Shown: positions 60,684 to 64,000 of the stretch, piece after piece | How the letters are laid out: the number at the start of each line of letters is the position of its first letter | How positions within the stretch are numbered: position 1 is the first letter of the stretch | Assembly: GCA_965237955.1 (NCBI GenBank) | Contig: OZ250169.1 | Span: forward strand, 256,001-320,000 | DNA: 64,000 nucleotides | Reading direction: 5' to 3' | DNA from: Candidatus Marinacidobacterales bacterium | Lineage (GTDB): Bacteria; Acidobacteriota; Vicinamibacteria; Marinacidobacterales; SMYC01 | Notes under the pieces: model-generated | What the model was told of the DNA's origin: nothing | Databases searched by the model: none | Seen by the model: only the letters and a program-made list of their open reading frames with translations | Made by a program: the position numbers and the translations under genes

Positions 60684-63101
60684 CTACTCGGACCTCAACG
60701 TCGTCATCGGGTCCACGCGGGTGGCTCGTAGTGCTGGCAGGAGCGTCGCCGCCAGACCGGTACCGCCGAGCAGCAGCGACGCCGCGATGAAGGTCGTCGA
60801 GTCGGTCGCGCTCACCTCGTAGAGAAAGCTCGTCAGCAAGCGGGTCGCTGAGATGGCCAAGAATAGACCGGCGCCGAGCCCGGCGAGAACGAGGAGTAAT
60901 CCTCGTCCCATCACCAGGCGGAGCACCGCGCTTCGATCAGCGCCGAGGGCCATGCGAAGGCCGATCTCCTGGCTCCTCTGTGTCACGTTGTGTGAGATGA
61001 CCCCGTAGATACCTATCGTCGCCAGGACGATCGCCACCCCCGCGAACACTCCCAGGACCGCCAGGTTGAATCGGGGTCGGGAAACGTTTTTAGAAACGAG
61101 CTCGTCCATCGTTTGGACGTCGCTCATCGGCAGCTCCTCGTCGATCTCCCAAATCGCATCACGGATCGTAGCGACGGCGTCGGCCGGCTCGGAGCGCGTT
61201 CTCACGGCCAGCTGCACGAACGACAGCGTAAGGTCCGTCCGCAGCAAAGGCATGAACATCCCTTCTTGCTCTTCGAGCGCCAACCCCACCAGCCGTGCAT
61301 CGCCCGCTACCCCGACCACGGTGAACCACGGATTTTCGGAGTCCGCTCCGCCGAATTTCAAGCGTTTTCCGATGGGATCTTCGCCGGGCCACGCACCCTC
61401 AGCGAGCCGGGCATTGACGACGACGTCCGCCGTCTCGGGATAGCGATCTCGATACGTGAAATCCCGGCCGAGATGGAGTGGAACCCCGAGGACGCGGAAG
61501 TAGTCGGGCGTGACGCCGAGAATCATTGGCCACTTCTCTCGCTCGACGATGTCGCCCGATGTGGCTTCGACGCTCATCTGTGCTCTCGCCCAACTTCCCG
61601 TCATCGGAGCCCACCCGGAAGCCGCCACGGAGAGGACGTCCGGAAGCGCCCCCACCTGCTCGAGGATGTCGATGAGAGCGCGCTCCGATTCGTGAGGCTC
61701 GACATACCGATACCCAGGAAGGGAGATATTCATCGTGAGGACGCCACCGGCATCGAAGCCGAGATCGACCGACACGAGGCGCACGAAGCTTCGAATCATC
61801 AAACCAGCGCTAATCGACAGCGTGAGTGCGAGCGCCACTTGCGCTACCGCCAGCACCGTTCGGAAGCGTCGGCGGTACGCGGAGGCGGTCATCGTCCTGC
61901 CCGTCGGCTTCAGCGACCCGTCGAGATCGTAGTGCGAGAGCCCGAACGCAGGAAAGATCCCGGAAAGAAGGCCGGCCGAGATGGAAACGGCCACCGCAAA
62001 CGCGAGAACCGGCGCATCGACACTCACTTCGTCGATCCGCGGGATCCCCGACGGAGCCAAGACGAGCAGCAGTCGCGTGGCGCCGATGGCGAGAAGGACT
62101 CCGAGTGTGCCGCCAACCAGTGACAAGAGCACACTCTCCGTGAGGAGCTGTTTGGCGATCCTCCCACGCGTTGCTCCCATCGCAGCACGGATGGCGAGCT
62201 CCTTTTCACGCGCGACGCCACGAACGAGGAGGAGGTTGGCGACGTTGGCGCAAGCAATAAGGAGAACGAGCGCCACCGCGCCCAGCAACACGAGCAACGT
62301 GGTCGCGACCTCACCGACGATCGCCTCTCGCAGCAGGGTGACATCGGCACCCCATCCCATCACGGGCGGACGATTCTCCTCTTCCCAACGTCGAAGAATG
62401 GCGTTGACCTCGTCGTCGGCAACGCCGACATCCACGCCCTTGCTGAGGCGAGCCAAAACCCAAAGGCTGAGTATCAACTCGCCTCGGAGTGCTTCGGCGC
62501 TCATCGGGACCAGTAAGTCGACATCGCTCGGCGTGAGCTCCCTTCCACGTGGCAAAACGCCGACAATCACGTGCACCACGCCATTGATCCGGAGCTCCCG
62601 CCCGAGAACGCCGGGCTCCCCGCCGAAGCGACGCAGCCACAGCGCATAGTCGAGAATGACGACGGGCTGCTCGGTCTTGTGCTCTTCAGGACGAAAGCTT
62701 CGCCCCAGTGCCGGCTCGATGCCTAGAAGAGACATCAAGTCGGGAAGCACGTGTGCCGCGTTGACCCGTTCGGGAGATTCATCGCCGCTCAAATTCACTT
62801 TGCTGTAAACGTATCCCGAGAGTGAGGAAAGGCTCCGGATCTGCTCTTGGATCGACACGATGTCGCGGGACAGCATCATCATTCCCTGAAAGCCCTGCTT
62901 CCTGTTGTTCCGCTTGATGCTGACGAGTGTCGCCGGATCCGAGTACGGAAGCGGCTTCAGCAGAATCCCGCTGACGAAGCTCTCGAGCGCCGTCGTCCCA
63001 CCGATGCCGAGGGCGAGCGTCAGTGTCACCAGGAGGACGAACCCGGGCGCGTGCCGAGCGGTGCGCAAGGTATAGCGGATGTCCTGACAGAGTCTCTCCA
63101 T
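60684..63101 (-). CDS. duplicated MacB/FtsX-type ABC permease (ADOP-like)
   Basis: QDIRYTLR..APGF..LALGIG, LLIACANVANLLL, REKELAIRAAMGA, EIGLRMALGA, RATRVDPMTTLRSE. Confidence 0.92.
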   Translation of the reverse strand: MERLCQDIRYTLRTARHAPGFVLLVTLTLALGIGGTTALESFVSGILLKPLPYSDPATLVSIKRNNRKQGFQGMMMLSRDIVSIQEQIRSLSSLSGYVYSKVNLSGDESPERVNAAHVLPDLMSLLGIEPALGRSFRPEEHKTEQPVVILDYALWLRRFGGEPGVLGRELRINGVVHVIVGVLPRGRELTPSDVDLLVPMSAEALRGELILSLWVLARLSKGVDVGVADDEVNAILRRWEEENRPPVMGWGADVTLLREAIVGEVATTLLVLLGAVALVLLIACANVANLLLVRGVAREKELAIRAAMGATRGRIAKQLLTESVLLSLVGGTLGVLLAIGATRLLLVLAPSGIPRIDEVSVDAPVLAFAVAVSISAGLLSGIFPAFGLSHYDLDGSLKPTGRTMTASAYRRRFRTVLAVAQVALALTLSISAGLMIRSFVRLVSVDLGFDAGGVLTMNISLPGYRYVEPHESERALIDILEQVGALPDVLSVAASGWAPMTGSWARAQMSVEATSGDIVEREKWPMILGVTPDYFRVLGVPLHLGRDFTYRDRYPETADVVVNARLAEGAWPGEDPIGKRLKFGGADSENPWFTVVGVAGDARLVGLALEEQEGMFMPLLRTDLTLSFVQLAVRTRSEPADAVATIRDAIWEIDEELPMSDVQTMDELVSKNVSRPRFNLAVLGVFAGVAIVLATIGIYGVISHNVTQRSQEIGLRMALGADRSAVLRLVMGRGLLLVLAGLGAGLFLAISATRLLTSFLYEVSATDSTTFIAASLLLGGTGLAATLLPALRATRVDPMTTLRSE

Positions 63102-63210
63102 GGAGACGCCTCCCTGAGCTCGACGAATTCCGTTCCTAATCGCCCTGCACGGCATCGGCAATCGGCGGACAAGGATATTCTACTACCAACCGATTTCCGA
63201 AAAGGAAATC

Positions 63211-63402
63211 TACGAGGACGCAGGGATCTCGGGAGGAACCCTGGAGCGCCCAGGCCTGCAGCGCTTGCTCGACGACATCGATGCCGGTCTCGTCGAGCAG
63301 ATCGTGGTCTACAAGGTCGACCGGCTGACCCGTTCCCTCTCCGACTTTGCGAAGCTCGTCGAACGGCTCGAGGCGGTCGGCGCGGTTTTCGTCTCGGTGA
63401 CC
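63211..63402 (+). pseudogene. serine recombinase catalytic-domain remnant
   Basis: YEDAGISGGTLERPGLQRLL...VVYKVDRLTRSLSDF; cut by an IS end at 63403. Confidence 0.8.
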
Positions 63403-63785
63403 CCGTCCTGTGCCAAAACTCGGCCCTTTTGAAATAGGCCATAAATCAGCAACTTAGTGTCTGTGTTTGCGACCGGGCCAAGGGCCGTGGGCTTTACAAT
63501 CGTCTTGGGCGGGCGGGTCGTCACCATGCAGATGACCACCTAGTCGAGAGCGAATATCGAAGCATGTTCCTGAAGCTGTTTCCACGCTACGCCGGTCGAG
63601 CCCGCCGAGGGGCTACCGTCGCCGGCGACCATCTACGCGGCACGGCAGTAGTAGTTGAGAATGCCACCAAGTCGCTCTCGCGACACGATGGGGCCAGCGT
63701 CATTCGCGCTTGCCGGCAGAGGTGTGATGAGCTCGTTGCCGAGACCTTGGTGGTTCCGTTCTGTGTGATAGTGCTCGGCAACACA
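63403..63785. mobile_element. integrase-core IS remnants (left end on +, C-terminus on -)
   Basis: 63403-63500 matches the reverse complement of 30085-30184; minus strand [15 protein letters not shown]...[11 protein letters not shown]. Confidence 0.7.
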
Positions 63786-63799
63786 GTGCCCACAATCGC

Positions 63800-64000
63800 G
63801 AGTTTCTTGAACTCCACTATCCTTGGCATCCGCTCCACGGACGTAGGATTCTCGTCCGCGGCCGGCGAAAGTGGGGCAAGCACACAGCCGTTCGCTTCAC
63901 GGTAGAAGACGAACCGCAACGAGTCTGGACCGAACTTCCGGTCTGGATGTTTGACCGTGCCGTCTGTTCACGGATGCGTTTGACTGACCGACCCCGCGTT
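63800..64000 (+). CDS. small protein of the type found upstream of serine-recombinase elements (partial)
   Basis: [10 protein letters not shown]...[11 protein letters not shown] motif; runs off window end. Confidence 0.4.

Noticed and set aside
61113-62123. 336-aa plus-strand ORF (and similar shadows such as 18113-19009 and 22084-23037)
   Set aside because: Antisense shadows of well-supported genes, with no motifs
1-64000. CRISPR array, rRNA or tRNA genes
   Set aside because: No regularly spaced short repeats and no recognisable rRNA or tRNA sequence were seen by eye; the repeats found are IS ends or duplications

Overview
High-GC (visually about 60-65%) bacterial accessory region. The host is probably Acidobacteriota-like, inferred from an ADOP-type duplicated ABC permease at 60.7-63.1 kb. 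The window has two parts. (1) About 1-42 kb is a decaying surface-glycan locus with many GT4 glycosyltransferases, SAM methyltransferases, GT-C-like membrane proteins, an NAD-dependent epimerase, WecB, a Wzx-like flippase and a sulfotransferase-like gene. It is fragmented by nested IS6, IS256, IS5, IS3 and integrase-core elements and by group II intron remnants. (2) About 42-59 kb is a defence-island-like block with a truncated SIR2-like gene, a small-protein/HNH pair, a NucS-like nuclease fused to an EVE/PUA-like domain, an intact type I R-M operon carrying two hsdM genes (NPPF and NPPY) and a SNF2 helicase remnant. The most unusual signals are: an IS6 with perfect 81-bp terminal inverted repeats; an RT-deleted group II intron, plus a 183-bp internal piece of it lodged in a GT4 gene at an ATG|G site; a recurrent 350-700 bp non-coding module tied to integrase-element ends; and GT4 N-terminal signatures reminiscent of Patescibacteria glycosylation loci. 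No rRNA, tRNA or CRISPR array was seen. All assignments come from motif recognition by eye, not database searches.
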